Positions 62,521-64,000 of a DNA stretch of 64,000 bases are shown here, in pieces. How positions within the stretch are numbered: the stretch's first letter is position 1; each line of letters opens with the position of its first letter. The position numbers and the translations under genes are program-made. The stretch is from Lingula anatina. Taxonomy: Eukaryota; Animalia; Brachiopoda. Below the pieces are notes generated by a model that ran no database searches, was not told where the DNA came from, and was given only the letters and a program-made list of their open reading frames with translations. The DNA is taken from contig CM120640.1 in assembly GCA_051362555.1 (NCBI GenBank), forward strand, positions 4,712,001 to 4,776,000, written 5' to 3'.

Positions 62521-64000
62521 TATGATCAAAATATTTTGACCGGAAGTTTCTCCAAAATATATAAACCATTTTCATTGAAAACAAAACCAAAAAGAACGTT
62601 ACTGCACTGATTAAATGATATTATAAAACCATGCGTTATACATGTCAATATATCATAATATAGTACGTTGCATAGCATAGGGCTTGATATTAAGTATGTT
62701 TATTTATTCATGATGGCTCTTCTTTGAGGTACTGGCAAGCGGTTTGACGGTTCTCAACGATGGCGATGTGACAGTATTTCCGCTCTCTTGTGTCAAACAA
62801 TTCAAATCACAAAAACAAGCACAGTGATTCATTTTTCTCAGAATGGCATTCGTAGTACCAAAATACAACACATTCAATACATTTATTAATTTTATTTTAT
62901 TTTCATTTTTTATACGACCTCTCAAAAAGTTCTGATAATTTTTGATTTGTTACATGTGTGAAATGTGGAACAGACATTGGCGGAAAATACTCTAAACAAA
63001 CCAGTTAATATTCCTTTTTGATAATATATACACAGGGAAAAATCTACCAAAACATTTACTTTATTCAACGAATCGCTTTGTATGGAATATGGAAGAAAAA
63101 GCTTACTGTCCATTTTCCTAACATTCTCTTATCTGGCACCGCGGATGGCACTAGCATTTTTGTTGAAATTTGAAGGTCATGAAAAGTTATCTATGAATTA
63201 ATAGAATATTTTTTTCTTAAATTATGAGTCTGATCAAGAAAAAAAAAACAGCAAAGTTTGAAAACTGCAACATTGGACCTCATGGGCAGTTAGCGGTGAA
63301 TCAATATTACATCTAGATTCTAATTAGTGCGGGAGATCACGTGATGCAGTTTTGCACAAGCACAGCAATCTCTCAGCCGACAACAATGGTCAATAGCTTC
63401 GAAGCTAAATTTTCTGAAAAAAAAGTTTTTTTTTTTAATCTATTTTTGATATTCTCACATATGGAACCATGACATTGGACTGCCGTTGGTTAGATTAGCT
63501 TTTTCACGATGGGTCGGGGGAGTAAGAGTGTGAACAGTCTCACTTAGGATTATCACACAACTTCAGAAAATAGTTGCTGATAGATTTTATTTTCCTATTT
63601 TTGTTGTCTCTAAAAATGTAGTTATTCGTTTTTTGGTCGGGTTTAGAAGTGTTGTTTTATCTGCTTCCGGTCTACCCATCACCGATCGCTAAAAAAACCT
63701 CCCGCGTGAGTTTTGGTGTAGACCCAAACGGCTGAAATTATAGAAGGGGTAACAATTTTTGGTTTGGACGTGAAAAAATGTCAATCCTAGATGTGAAGAA
63801 CGCAATTAAAGCTAGAAATTAAAACAACTTTGGAAGTTATGTTCCTTACTTTCCTACGAATACCCATCTCTCCCAACAAGGGATGCGTCCTACCTCAAAT
63901 TAGGATATCCAAACAGAAGTACACCCATATCAGTAGAATGGTTAATCAAATATCTGTGACCCTGTGCACCGGAGATAAGAACCTCATGTAGTTGTATTAA

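Overview
AT-rich eukaryotic (invertebrate animal, most likely lophotrochozoan/mollusc-like; inferred) genomic DNA, not prokaryotic. It contains the last 9 coding exons of HAUS3 (+), lying tail-to-tail with a complete 25-exon cyclin-G-associated kinase/auxilin gene GAK (-, ~1371 aa) whose third intron is a U12-type (minor spliceosome) intron. Next come a 4.9-kb decayed Academ-type DNA transposon just upstream of GAK, an intronless secreted trunk/PTTH/noggin-like cystine-knot gene (+), an uncharacterised 342-aa ORF (+), and an NFIL3/E4BP4/vrille-like gene (-). The NFIL3-like protein unusually carries two complete bZIP domains, and its upstream region has a cluster of D-box, CRE and nuclear-receptor motifs. 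Introns hold many non-autonomous DNA elements (Harbinger, TA-TSD, and three with 5-bp TSDs). A duplicated, tandem-repeat-bearing block in a HAUS3 intron also occurs in the probable GAK 3'UTR. All calls come from reading the sequence by eye; no database searches were run.
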